DNA of 50,086 bases, filler included, from Jimgerdemannia flammicorona (Eukaryota): NCBI GenBank assembly GCA_003990765.1. It is 2 parts of 2 records of this genome, joined end to end, with 100 filler letters (N's around TTAATTAATTAA, not from the genome) between each part and the next. Parts side by side here need not be neighbours in the genome. Positions count along the whole stretch, not along the records: positions 25,102 to 50,086 come from RBNJ01000895.1; 1 more part is not named here. One strand, written 5' to 3'. A program made the translations under genes and the position numbers. The first letter of the stretch is position 1; every line of letters starts with the position of its first letter. Below, piece after piece: positions 37,301 through 50,086 of the stretch. The notes under the pieces were generated by a model. That model was given only the letters and a program-made list of their open reading frames with translations. It was not told the DNA's origin and did no database searches.

Positions 37301-40132
37301 AAAATGTCCCTGCCTCAACAGTTCCCAGTGATCAAACCATGGATACCACTCAGTCTCCAGTAACTTTCAAACATCTAAGCTCCAGCAGTCTGCCATTAGC
37401 ATCCAGTCAATCCTCATATCCAGACTATTTGCCCAGTACATATATATCCTCTAATCACCCCAGAACCCCTTGCCAGTATTCACCAGAGTACTCAACCTCT
37501 CTACTTCCTCTCATATCTCTAACCTCTCACTCCTGCCCTCCATCTCCTACCCTCCATCAGTCCTATCCATTAATGCCTCTCAGACCATATTAAAGTCTCC
37601 TCTAAGAATGTCCACTCTAGCCCTCATGAGGGTCTAACTCTCTAGAAGTCTCTTCACCCAATTCACTCTCTCATCTTATATAGCAGGGCAGTAGCAGGAC
37701 CCCACTATAACTAGCTCCCAATCTGATCAAATCCACTCTCCCCAGACCAGCTTGTCCCCCCAGCTCTTCATATCTTGTATCTCCTCTCTACCTCTCCATA
37801 CCAGGATCCCAACCTTACTCTTCTAAACTACTATATATATCTCTCTATTCTGTTGTCCATTTCAGTCTATTCAAGTTATCTTCACATCTAATATCCTGTA
37901 GAAGAAAGAGATCAGCCTCCAAGCTCTTCAGCTAAGTAAAAATGTTCTGATGTCTAACTGAACTCTATAGCCTATTTATATTCAAAGAAAAAAATATTTA
38001 TTGTACTATTCATAAGAAATAATATTAAGAGTCCTACTTACCCTCTATAACTCTACATTTATTCTTTTCTGTGCCAAGTCCAAGTTGTGTTCCCCAGTTA
38101 CCTCCTACTCTTCAATTCTCCTTGCTTTCAATCCAACCAGAAGTTTAGTTAGTTCTCCATCCTCCTTTTCCTCAAAATCCTTATAATACTCTAGGCAGGC
38201 CTTCTGCCAAAGCTGTAATCTATAACACTCTGCTCAATAGAAGACAGCCTGCTCACCAGCAGCAGCCACCAACTTGACCTCTCTCTCTTTATCAACCTTA
38301 TATCCTTCCTTCTCTAGAAAAACTGCAAGTACCTCTGCCTTCAGTATCTCCACCACTCCATTGCCATATAAGATCTATGCTCAATACTCATTACTCATCA
38401 CTCTCAGGTCCACTTCTCCCAACTCTTCAGCCACAAAGTTATTCATCATCCAGTACATCCATAGTAGATTTTCCACCTCCTTTCTCTCTAAAGTCACTGG
38501 CCTTCCTTCACCCAGCATTGAGATATCTGCCCCTACACTTGCAGTCTCATCTCACTCCTCCTCTGGGATATCTACCAGTTCATTCTCACTAGCTGCCACC
38601 ACCTGTCTCCCCTTTGCTATCTCAGAAACTCCAAAGTACACTTGCTGGGCACTATATATTGGCACATCCTCTGCTGCCCAGTCTCTTACAGCTGGTCTCT
38701 ACCTGATAAGAGGAGGAGGAGTATTCTCTCAGACTTCAAACATACCATCCTCATATAGGTCCTTGCTCAGTACCTTTCTAATCTCCTCTGGACCCACCTC
38801 CACATTCTCTCCACTTCTACTGGCCCAGACACTTACTTTGGCTCCTCCAGTATTCTCACTACCACTAGTAGTTCTCTTTGCCTTACTCTCTAGTTTCACC
38901 AGTAACTTCCTCTATCTCTTGCAACCTTGGGATCTCTTCCACAGTCTCTTATCAATGTAGACATACTTCCCATCAACAATCTCCAAGTATGTTGACTTCA
39001 CATATACCTTTCAAGCCTTTACCCTCTACTTCACTATATCACTCAACTCCTCCAATACCTCCAATAGGTCCTTTTCCTCCTTCTCACTCCTCTTTACCCT
39101 TATCATCTTATATATGAAGACTCTTTATATCATCACTGAAGGCTAATCATGAGTCTTCTCAGTAGCCTCTCTCTCTACTAACTGAATCTAGACATCAACA
39201 TCCCCTGTTCAGAAAGAGGTCCCTTCCCAGACCCTGAACTCTATATCAACCACCTCTCCATACTTGGCCATAACTTCCTCAACTCTCTTTCTCATCTCTA
39301 TAGCAGTCACTATAGAAACTTCTTTTACCAGAATCTGCACCACTCTGGAGTCTCACCACAAGTAATATACCATCAGGATACACACCTTTCTAATCATCAA
39401 CTCAGCCTTCAGTATATCCTCTAATGGCCCAGTCTTCTCAAAGCCCACCTCTACCCCTTCCAGGCCCCTCAGAAACTTAATAAATACTGCACCATCAATC
39501 TGTTTTACAACCAGCCCCAGGACCATTTTTGCTATCACCACTAAGCCCCAGAAGTATAAGGTGACTACAAACTCCAAGATCAACTTCTTGAGTAATAGGG
39601 CTACTATCAGTCCTATTACACTATCTGCTAGATCACTAGATCTCATGCTCTTCCCACAACTTGATCCATCATCAGCAGTCCCATCTAGATTTTTTTCCAG
39701 ATTGTCTGTTATGCTTCTATCAATAGTCACCTTCTCAGCCACTATACTGCCAGCCCCACTACTCTGGCTCTCCAGAGGGACTCTCTTCTGCAGCTGCTGT
39801 TCTATATTCTTTATTATCTCCTTGTCTCTCCTCAGCCAATCCTTCAGTCCAGTCACTAGCTATCCCTCTTTCACCTTATCTGTAAAGCTCACTCTCTCAC
39901 TCTCCTGTCCTCCACCACTGCTCTCTTCTCTTCCACATTCTTCTACCAGTAAGCCTCTCATACTTTCCCTCAAGCCAGGGCCTCTCCCTACATATTGTCA
40001 GTTGAACATACTTAGGCTCCCCTGCTTAGTATATACCTCAGAATACTCATTACTCACTATATTGCTAATATCTTCTCTTCAAAAATAGTATTGTGAGTAT
40101 TGTGTAATCTAAATATTACTGGAGAAATATGT
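34328..40132 (-). mobile_element. L1/Tx1-like LINE copy 2, full length and degenerate
   Basis: 17-bp TSD GATAAAAATCCTCATTT / GGTGAAAATCCTCATTT. ORF1 ~38100-39960. ORF2 from ATG 38013 with endonuclease motifs, DPLSPILY and GAFADD. Confidence 0.92.
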
Positions 40133-41528
40133 GGTGAAAATCCTCATTTATACAGAAGCAGCTATCTGTATTATTGTTAAATAATTTAAATACCCTCTAG
40201 TGGCCCATTGATAGAATATCTAATCTTAGTATTATAATAGCAGATAGAACTTTAACTCAACCTCTTAGAGAAGTATGAAATATCATTATCTCTCTTAGAC
40301 ACATTCAGTTCTCTATTCTAAAAGCTATTATCACTAAAGCTGTTACCTATGATATAATCCTTGATATCAACTGGATAAAGAAAATAAATATAGTTATTGA
40401 TATTAGCCAACAGATGCTCAAATTCGACTATAGAGAAAAGAAGTACAGGATCAAGATAACTAGCTATGAGTAATTAAAGAAGAAAAATAAAATCACTATC
40501 TAGAAAAAGTATGCTAGTAATGAAGAATCTACTAAGGAGGAAGAAGAAGAATCTGAAGATAGAAATGATCCCAAACTTAACCCATAAATCAATCTAGTAG
40601 ATAATAGACCAGAAGACAATGTATGAGCTAAAAATACTATCTCTATCACAATTGGAGCTATTATAGGACAAGTTAGAGGATGTCTCATCTATCTCAAAAG
40701 ATACAAGTACCTTGAACATTCCTTCAAGATTATCAGAATAAGGAATTTATCTGATATAATCTGTCCTAAGTATAGAAAAAGAAAGAAGAAATATAATCTC
40801 TCTCTGAAGACATTTATAATTAAAGCTGCAGAGGTATAAGCAATCTAGAGTCAAGAAATATTTAATGAAGAAACCTCTGAACAAGAAGTCTCTAAATAGA
40901 AGAAACTTCCTAAACTTATCTCCTGAGATGACTCCTGATATATACTACTAAAAGATGATGATTACTGAAATACTGAAGAAGGACCAAGTACAGTTGTCAT
41001 TATCCTAAGATAAGAAATACATCTTTTGACTAAGAAGATGTCAGCATCAAAAGGTCTTCTACTCTCTCCAAGACTACTACTATCAGTATTACTTAATAGA
41101 CTGGTAAGAAAGATTGAGATACTGTAGACCAGAATCTCTAATAATAATTATACAGACAACTACCTTTCAAGAAACCACTACAATATTGAAAAGATGAGCT
41201 AATGGACAAAATCACTTCATCTAAACAGAAGTACAGTCTTTAGCCAACCTTTTTCCAACTTATAATAAAGATGAATACTGATTCTCAAGATAGTAAAAAG
41301 TCAATAATTAAGAACTATATTTTCAAGCAATAGAATATTATAATTATAGAAAACATCTAGACTACCAAGACTGTTTATATCTGAAGATTTACCTCAGTCA
41401 AGATATTACCATATATACTTAAAAAAAGAGATAACAGAGCTCAAATCTAAAGAAATTAGACTAGAAAACTAAAGAAGGCTCTCAAGATATATGTATAATC
41501 TAGAAAATGACATCCTCAACAGACAATG

Positions 41529-43673
41529 ACCTTTCACTGGTAACATTCAGATGACACAAGACTCAGACAACACTTTTGACAACATTTTTGGTAAAAGGTA
41601 ACTAGCAACATAGAAAGTGATAAATATACAAGTGTGCATACTAGGTCAGGTGGACCTAGGGCCTTTGACTGGCAGCAGATAGAGAGGAGTTATAGCCTGG
41701 GAATGGGGGCCTTCGGAGGGCCAAAGAGTGGAGAAGGCTCTGGAGGGGGACTGGTGTCCGGTGGCAATAGAGGAAGATCTGGTCTCCCGAGCTTCACAGA
41801 TAAGGTTAAGGGGAGTAGGTGGCCAGCTGGTACTAGGACTGGTGCTACTGAGGGAAAGGGCAAGGCAAGCCTTGGGAGGGGAGGTGGTGCTCCAGCTGGG
41901 AGTGCAGGAGTAGGGGCTGGAGGTGCTGTGGCTGGGGGTGTGACTGTTGATGGAAGTGTGATGGGAAATCAGGAAAAAAAAAGAGATGTGACAGCTGATG
42001 GCCAGGTGGGACAGGGGCTCTTAATGTGGAAGGGGGACCTGGCAGATGGTGTAATAGGGCTGGTGGTAACCCCATTACTCAAGAAGTCAATCTCGGAGTT
42101 CGCAGTGACCTTGTGCTTCTGGGGCTTGGTGGTGACAGCGAGGATGGTTCTGGGGCTTATTTCAAAGCAAGTGGCTGAGGTAGCCTCAGTGAAGTTCTTG
42201 AAGAGTCTGGAGGGGGTCAAGGTGGGCTTTGAGGAGGCAAGCCTACTGGATGAGGTGCTGAAGACTGGAGTCATGGTTGGAGAGGTAGTGGTCCCTATGG
42301 TGCAGTGCTTATGATGGAACCCCAGGGTGGTGCAGCTTCTAGTAAAGGAGGTGTCTACAGTGACTAAGAAGGAGACTAGGAAGAGGGTGGAAGAGGTGAT
42401 GATTGAGTATGGTGATGTGGTGGACATCGGCTTTCAGGTGTGGGAGGGGACAACAATCAGGATGGGCAATATATTTGGCTGGTGGGCAAGGAGGCCACAG
42501 GGAAGACAAGTGACTGGCCTTCTGTGCTGATGTGGAGGGCATTCATCTGTAAGGTGTTGAGAGTGAAGAGGAGTGAGGAGGAGGAGGAGGACTTGTTGGA
42601 GGTACTGGAGGAGATGAGTGGAGCTGTGGAGAGGAGGGCAAGGGCCTGGAAGATGTATGAGGAGTCAATGCATCTGGAGGTTGTAGATGGGAAATATATC
42701 CGTACTGACAGGAAGCAGTGGGAGTGGGCACAGGGGTGCAGGAGGCAGAGAGAGCTACTTATGAGTATGAAAGTAGAGGCAAAGCAGAAGGCAGTGGAAG
42801 CTGAAGGATCTGGGGGTGTCAAAGCCAGTGTTTGGGCAAGTAAAGGGGTTGGGGAGGTGGAGGCAGGCAAGGAAGGGACTGCAAAGATACTGAGCAAGGA
42901 CCCTTTTACTGATGGCACTTTTGAGGTCTGGGAGCTGGAGCTGGACACAACCCCCCCCCCTCTTATTAGGAGGGGCCCGGCTGGAAAGAGATGGATAACA
43001 GAGGATATACTGATGAAGGGGGTCCAGTAAGTGCACTTTGGGGTCCCTGATGTGGGAAAAGGGAGTCAGGTGGTGGTGGTTGGCGAGGATGAGCTGGTGG
43101 ATGTCCCTGAGGAGGAGTGGGATGAGGCTGCCAGTGTAGGGGCTGACACCATGATGTTGGACATAGGACAGCTAGGGACTCCGGGAGGGAAGGAGGTGGG
43201 GAACTTGCTGTAGATGAGCAAGGTGATGGATAACCTCACAGCTGAGACTTTGGGGGAAGTGGACCTGCAGGTAATACCTGAGGAGCATTAGACACAGATT
43301 TTGAGCAGTGAGAGAGTGGTGGAGACACTGAAGAGAGAGATTCTTTCGATTTTCCTGGAGGAGGAGAGATATGAGATTGATGAGATGAGGAGGGCTGAGC
43401 TGGCAGTGGTCGCTGGTGAGCAGGTGGCATACTGTTGGGCAGAGCAGCATGGTTTGCAGTTCTGGCAGGAAGCCTGTCTAGAATATTGTGAGGACTTTGA
43501 GGAGTGAGAAGATGGGGCAATGGTGGAACTTCTGGGAGGGTTGGAGGCACAGGAAGCTGGTGAAAGAGAACTAGCTACTGATCATAACTTGGATTTGTTG
43601 CAGGAGGAGCAGGATGCAGAATTGTAGAGAGTGGGTTCATGATTCAACTTTTTCTCTTATGAATAGTACAACC
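41529..43673 (+). mobile_element. LINE copy 3 (5' UTR, ORF1, first codons of ORF2), interrupted by copy 4
   Basis: Shared 5' UTR ACCTTTCACTGGTAACATTCAGATGACACAAGACTCAGACAAC, ORF1 homology, ATGAATAGTACA at 43659. Confidence 0.9.
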
Positions 43674-46600
43674 AACAAACATCTTTCACTGGTACCATTT
43701 GGGTGACACAAGACTCAGACAACACTTTTTACTATGTTTTTGGTGACCAATGACTATTGACATAGATGGCAATGATCAAACTAGTGAGCATACTGGCCAG
43801 GGGGGTGATGGTGCCTTTGGCTGGCAGTAGGTGGGAAGGAGGGGAGATGGTTTGGGGATGCTGGGGGCCTTGATGGCTAGCCGAGGTCCTGATGGTGGAG
43901 AGAGGGGTGGTCTGAGGCAAAGAGGAGGAGAGAGGTTGACCTTTACTGACAAGGTCAGAATGGGGAAGATGGCCTCAGGTCTAGATGGTTGGCTGGGCCT
44001 GGGGAAGGCATCGACAGCTACTGCTGGGAGACTGGGAGGTGCACCCAGGGGAGTCACTGAGGGTGGGGGAGGAGCAGGAGTAGGGGCTGGAGATGTGACT
44101 GATGATGGGGCTGACTGGGGATCTGGCAAAAAATCCAGATATGACAGCAGTTGATAATTCAGGATAGGGAGTGGGCACGAGGCCTGGAGACCTGGCAGAT
44201 GGGGTTATGAGTATGGTGTCAGCCCCATTACTCAAGAAGTCAAGGTCAGAATTCGCAGTCATGATGTGTTTCCAGGGCTTAGTGGTGATGGTGAGGATGA
44301 TTTTGGGGCTGATGGCACAGGAGGCGAAGGGAGCAGTATCAGTGAAGTTTTTGAAGGAGAAGGAAGGGGTCAAGGTGGGGTTTGAGGAGGAAGACACCTT
44401 GCTGGCGGCCTTGGAGAAGGGGGTGACAGTTGGCGGAGTTGTCATCCCTATGGCCAGGTGCATGCGCTAGAACCCTCAAGTGGTGCAGTTGACAGTGCTG
44501 GATCTCTCTATGGTGTCAAAGGAGAGAACCAGGGAGTTGGTTGTGGAGGCGATCAGGGAGTATGGAGAGATTGTAGATGTTGGATTCAAGGTCTGGGAGG
44601 GTACGGAGCTTCAGACTGATGACATCAATGTCAGGGTGAGGCTGGCTGGGAGGGAGAATATGGGGAAGTTGAGGGACTGGCCAGCAATACTGAGGTGGGG
44701 ACCAGTGGAGTGCAAGGTCATGAGGGTGAAGGGGACCCAGGAGGAGGAGGAAGACCTGTTGGAGGCTCTGGAGGATCTGGAAGGGGTGGTCATAAGGAGG
44801 AGATTGGCATGGAAGGAGTTTGAAGCTAGGACAGTGGTAAGAGAGGTGGATGAGAAGAGGGTCTGAATGGAGAAGGGGGTCTGGGAGAAGTTGCAGGGGA
44901 GGAAAATCCAGAAGGAGCTGCTGGTGAGGTTGGATGGGGGTAGGGTCAGGGGGAGCTCAGAGGAGAGGGGTGCAGGATTGCAGGAGAGCACCTGGGCTGG
45001 GGGGGGGGAAAGGGCCCAGAGTGGGGCTCAGCTGAGAGTAGAGGTGGCGAGGGTAGGCAATATGGAGGCAGATGTGGATATGAGCAAAGGTGTGCACCCC
45101 CGGTATAGTGTCCTAGGTGGAGCTGAGGGAGAGGAGGAGCTGCTAGATGTGCCCAATGAGGAGTGGGATGAGTCAGTGCAGAGGAGCATACTGGTGGACC
45201 CTGAGGTAGATGGGGGACAAATCACTCAGGGTGCAGCAGAGGCGGTAGATGAGGAGAAGTGGATGTAGAAGACCCTGGAAGGGGTAGTGGCTGAAGAGCT
45301 GGGGGGTGAGGATTTCAGGGTGATGGAAGAAAGGCATTGGGAGGAAATCCTTCAGGGGGAAGAGGTGCCAAGAAAGATGAGGAATAAGATCCTGGCTATT
45401 CTCCTGGAGTCAGTTGAATATCAAGTTGATGATCAGAGGGAGGAGGAACTTAGGAATATTACGAGTAACAGGGCACTATTCTTGTGGAACTCGAGGAAGG
45501 GACTGGAGAAGTGGTGTATAGTCTGCTTGGATTATTAGTTGGATATGGAGGTAGTGGATAGGGTGGAATGTCAGGAAATCTTGGAGGCACTGGATGCTCA
45601 GGCTAATGCAGAGAGTGACTTGGAAGCTGAATGGCACTTAGATCTGGCTGGGGATGAGATGAGTATGGAATTCTAGGATGGAGTCTCTATTGCAACATTT
45701 TTTCAATATGAACAGTATAACTAGGATATTCTCATTGAATGTTAATGGATTATGGAGGGTGGCTAGGAGGAAATATATATTTGGATGGCTTAAGGGACTG
45801 GATGTGGACCTCTTCTTATTACAAGATATTCATTATGAGACCGATGTGGACTTACAAGATTGGACTAAGAAATGGGGGGGTGCTACAGTATGGAGGGGGA
45901 GAGTGTGTATTCTTGTTTGGAAAGGGATGGGGGACATTGAGAATATTGGACATTGGGGGTCTCGGGTGGTGTGGGGAGTGTGGAAGAGGCCTGGATGGGG
46001 CTCATTGACAGTTGGGTCTTGCTACTGTCCAGCTGAGAGAGGGGAGAGGGTAGATTGGATTCACAGATTAAAAGAGACTGGTGTATTGGGAGAAGTTGGG
46101 CTGGACTGTATGGGGGGTGACTTCAACATAGTACAGGATAAGGAGATAGATAGAACAGATGGAGGGAGAGGTATACAGGGCAAAGGTGGTGGGTTGGGGG
46201 ACTGGTTGGAGACAGAGATTGAGTTCTTTAGTAGACTTGGGAAGATATTTTTGAGCCGATCGGTGGGTGTACACCCACTGGGCAGCAGGGCTGGGCTCCA
46301 GGATTGACTGGGTTTTGACAGCGGAGTGTTGGAGAGCAGATGTCTGGTCAGCACTGGAAGTAGTTTGGTGTCCATGGTCTGATCACTAGGGGCTGCTTAG
46401 AGGGAAGAGATTTGAGGGAAATGAGGATGGACCTGGATATTGGTGCTAAATTCTTCCTTGTTGGAGGATAGAGGGTTGTGGGAGAATTGGGAAATGGAAG
46501 TGGCTGGTAATATCAGTAGGTGGTGGGAATAAGGCCTTGAGATTGGGGACTGCTGGAGAAGGCTGAAGGCAAATGCTCAGGGATATTAGAGGGAAGCTGG

Positions 46601-47259
46601 GAAAGAAAAGTATGCCCAGTAAAGGTGGAGGGTGTTGTGGGCCTCACGGTATCTGGCAGCACTCATAGAGAGATGGGCAGGTGTGCTGGAAGATGGGGAC
46701 ATGACTGATTGGTATATTGTAAGAATCCGACAGGAGGTGGAGAAGATTAAAGGAGTATTATGAAGAGAAGAGAAGGTGGAGTTGCAGGGAATGGTGGCCT
46801 GACTGTGGTGGCAGGGGCTTGAGGAGAGGGAGAGGCCTACTAGGTTTTTGTCACAGTTGTTACAGGCATAAAGAACAAAGTAGCAGTGGGAAGGGGTTCT
46901 GGATGCGAATGGTGAGCTAGTGGTAGGAACTCTGGCTATTCTGGGCCTATTGAGAACCAGATGGGGGAATCTATGGAGTGAAGAGAAAGGAGGAATGGAT
47001 GCTCTGGATATTGAAAGGTAGCTGGGGGATTGGCACCCAGACCCTGCAATGGGTCTTGGGGCATTGGGGGACCTGGTGAGTGGTGAGGAAATTCACAGGG
47101 TGGTGGCCTCGACAAGTAAGGGGACAGCCCCAGGAGAGGATGGACTTCCCTGGGATTTTTGGCAGAAGATAGCTGGGGTGGGTGAGGTGCTAGAGGAAAT
47201 GACTGCTATGTGTGATGAAGTTCTTTGGTCTGGTGCTTGGATTGGGGGACAGTGCTTAG

Positions 47260-47869
47260 TAGTGCTCCGAACGAGTTAATCCGGATGGGATTCGGATGGA
47301 TTCGAATTCCATCTGGATCAACTCGGATGGATTTGAATCGGATTCGAATTGGATTCGAATCAACCATTGTTTTGATTTCCAAATTAGACAATTAAATGTT
47401 TACATCAATAACTTGATGAATAATCATCCAAATTTGATGATCTTGGTGTCATTTGAAAGCCCTTAATAGGGCCTTTCTAATGATACCAAGAACATTAAAA
47501 TCGAATTACGTGTTGCCAAGATATTAAGGAAAACGTTCCATTTGACAAAATTTCCAAAATTGGCGATTCAGACGTTTTCCTTCATAACTCAGCAACGCAT
47601 GATCCGATTTCAATGTTCTTGATATCATTAGATAGGCCTTATTAAGGGCTTTCAAATGACACCAAGAACATCAAATTTGGATGATTATTCATCAAGTTAT
47701 TGATGTAAACATTTAATTGTCTAATTTGTAAATCAAAACAATAGTTGATTTGAATCCGATTCGAATCCATCTGGATGGGATTTGAATCCCATCCAAGTTG
47801 ATCTGGATGGGATTCAATCCGAATCAATCCAAATCCAATCTGGATTAAATTGACTTGTTAGGAGTACTA
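47260..47869. mobile_element. hAT-type foldback MITE, copy 2 (inverted relative to copy 1)
   Basis: TAGTGCTC...GAGTACTA termini, perfect 8-bp TSD GTGCTTAG. Confidence 0.96.
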
Positions 47870-49670
47870 GTGCTTAGGGTTAGTCTCCTTGCTCTACAAG
47901 AATAAGGGGAGGCAAGAGGACTGGAAGAACTGGCAGCCAATCATGCTTCTCGACATGGACCAAAAACTGGTGATGAAGATCTTAGTGATGAGGCTGCAAG
48001 GAATCATGCAGCAGGTGCTTGGTGTGGAGCAGCATGGGTTTGTCGGTGGCCGGTTAATTCGAGATAGGACAACTTGGGTACATGGAGTGATTGAAGGTGC
48101 CTGGGTGACAGGGGTGGATGGTAGATTGGTATTTCTGGACCAAGAGAAGGCTTATGATAGAGTGTGGAGGATATGGCTGGAGGGAGTGCTGAGACAGATT
48201 AGTATCCCCCCAGGGTTCTGAGGTTCATTGATCAGCCTCTTGGAGGACAGTCAGGTGGCATTGGTCATCAATGGCCATAGGGAGGTGACTTTTCCCCTGG
48301 GACATGGGGTGCCACAAGGGGACCCCTTATTGCCCATACTGTATGCCCTTTCCCTGGAGCCTCTACTGGACAGAATTTGGCATCAGATTAGAGGTTTGGA
48401 CATTTTAGAGATTAATTGGAAGGTGGGGGCCTTTGCTGATAATATGGTGATTGGGCTGGGCTCCTTGGTGGATGTGGGGGAGTTACAGAGGTCTGTGGAA
48501 TGGTATGAGAGGGGTTCCAGTGCTAAACTAAACTGGTACAAATGTGAGACTCTGGTGCTGGGTGCTGGAATTATTGGTGGTAATGTCATTGGGACAGTAG
48601 TACCAGCTGGGGAACCAGTGCATTATTTGGAGATCTACTTCTCAGTGTTTAGATCTCTTCTTCCCTGGGCATGGTGGGACTGAAAACTTCTGGAGTGGGA
48701 AAATGTTTTGCTGTGATGGGGGGGTCAGTATATGTCACTAGCTGGAAGGGTAATGGTGCTGAATGTGTATTGGATGCCAAAGCTGTGGTATGTGGGATAT
48801 CATTTGGATTTCCCAACCTGGGTGGTTAAGGGGCTGTTGAAGATAGCAAGGTCATGGATCTGGGGAGGACAGTAGAGCCAGGTGGGTTGGGAGGTGCTAA
48901 CACTGCCCTTGGAAAGAGGTGGGCTGGGCTTAGTGGACTTTACTAAGTAACTTCATTGTTTGAGAGTATGGTGGTTGCATAGGGCAAGTGAGCTTAGGGG
49001 TCGGGAGTGGGTACCACTTATGCAGAGATTGTAGGAGGTTTGGTACTCCCCACGTGGTGGCTTGGGTGACCTGCTCATGATGGTGGCCATGGATAGGAGC
49101 AAGAGAATGTGGTTTACAGGCTTCTGGTGGGGGGTGGTGGATGGTACTAAGAAAATTGGACTTCAGTGGTGAGGTGATGAAGCTGAGGAGGATTGGGGAC
49201 TGCAGATGTGGTGGTAGGACAGGCTCCTACTGGGTGGTGTTCTGGTGAAGAACTTTCAGCTTGGTGAAGGTTTGAAGTGTCTGTGAGGCCTAGGTGGAGA
49301 CCTGTGGCCTGAAGCCTGGCAGAGGGTTGGAATTGGTGAGGAGTGAGATTGGAATGGACTCTGGCTTTAGAGCAAAAGGGTGAGGCAGTGGCTGCCCCCC
49401 AAGTTCTGGGTAGCATGGTGGTGTGTCCTATGGCAGAATATGATGTTGAACTATTGGTCTGGGCACTTGGTGGCCAGTGGAGTATTTGAGTATGAGGATT
49501 GTTTCAGTGTTGGTCAGAAGGGAGGCATGGTACAAATGCCTGAACATTGGCTTGGTGAGTGCGAAGTTTTGGAGGAGTTTTGGAGATGTATTGTGGACTG
49601 GTTGGGGCTGGGTGCCTCAGAGGGAGAGAGAGGGGAGAGATGGGAAGAGCTCCACTGGCGACTGGTGAGT

Positions 49671-49868
49671 GGGGTGGGGGATAAATGACTGATCCTTGGT
49701 TGGGCTTTGGCCATGTGGGTTGGGTTAGCTGGACATTGGGTTCATGTCTTCAAGGAGGGGCAGTGGGTTGGGGTGGGGGATAAATGGCTGACCCTTGGTT
49801 GGGCTTTGGCCATATGGGTTGGGTTAGCTGGACATTGGGTTCATGTCTTCAAGAAGAGGTAGCAGGTT
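49671..49868 (+). repeat. 99-bp tandem duplication in the LINE ORF2 tail
   Basis: GGGGTGGGGGATAAATG..CATGTCTTCAAG recurs with period 99 (ATAAAT at 49681 and 49780). Confidence 0.9.
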
Positions 49869-50086
49869 GGAGTTGGGGACAAGGTGGTATATTGGGAATG
49901 GTTACTATTGGACATTTTGAATAGCTGGTGGTGAGGTTGGGGGCTGGGTGGGGGGTACTGCAGGGGTTTGGTGCAGTGTATCTCATGGAAGAGTAGTGGG
50001 AGGATTTGAATAGTGGGTGACTGGGTGGTGCTCGGGCAGGGGGAGGTTGAGAGAGGAGGGTTGGGTCCATGAGGCATTGGTTGAGG

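Larger units (their letters stand above)
29795..41528 (+). mobile_element. Degenerate Gypsy gag-protease host, in pieces (29795-30216, 33390-34327, 40133-41528)
   Basis: Decayed CCHC knuckle at ~33636-33680 (restores to CFYCRQFGHY..KC). Protease remnants VKILI..AA and YDIILDINWI at 40134-40400. Confidence 0.7.
43674..50086 (+). mobile_element. LINE copy 4 (runs off the window end)
   Basis: 5' UTR at ~43680, ORF1 ~43857-45676, ORF2 from 45708. Confidence 0.93.
45708..50086 (+). pseudogene. LINE ORF2 (APE endonuclease, RT, C-terminal domain), split by a MITE
   Basis: SLNVNGL, GGDFN, SDH, APGEDGLP, NWQPIMLL, LDQEKAYDRV, GVPQGDPL, AFADN, GGLGL. Confidence 0.95.

Overview
A eukaryotic, probably fungal (inference), heterochromatic transposon graveyard with no recognisable host gene. 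Almost all elements are pseudogenised by C>T/G>A hypermutation. Target-site duplications (TSDs) resolve the nesting. Left of an artificial 100-bp gap (25002-25101), a degenerate Copia holds an L1-like LINE (~4700-23338). The LINE holds a 12.9-kb hAT transposon (5808-18675, 8-bp TSD), which holds a two-LTR chromovirus-like Gypsy (9543-15931; gag-dUTPase-protease, RT/RH/IN deleted) and a foldback MITE. Two more copies of that Gypsy family occupy 1-4505. Right of the gap are two Copia copies, a 2.36-kb solo-LTR-like element, a degenerate Gypsy gag-protease, three more LINEs and two more hAT MITEs. Main result: two LTRs with no nucleotide similarity visible by eye (2504-4505 and 27438-29794) each carry a ~350-codon ORF entirely inside U3. 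Both ORFs are broken only by deamination-type stops, and they share three collinear motifs plus an acidic tail, so they are a candidate LTR-encoded accessory protein family. The hAT also carries a second, spliced, divergently oriented gene.
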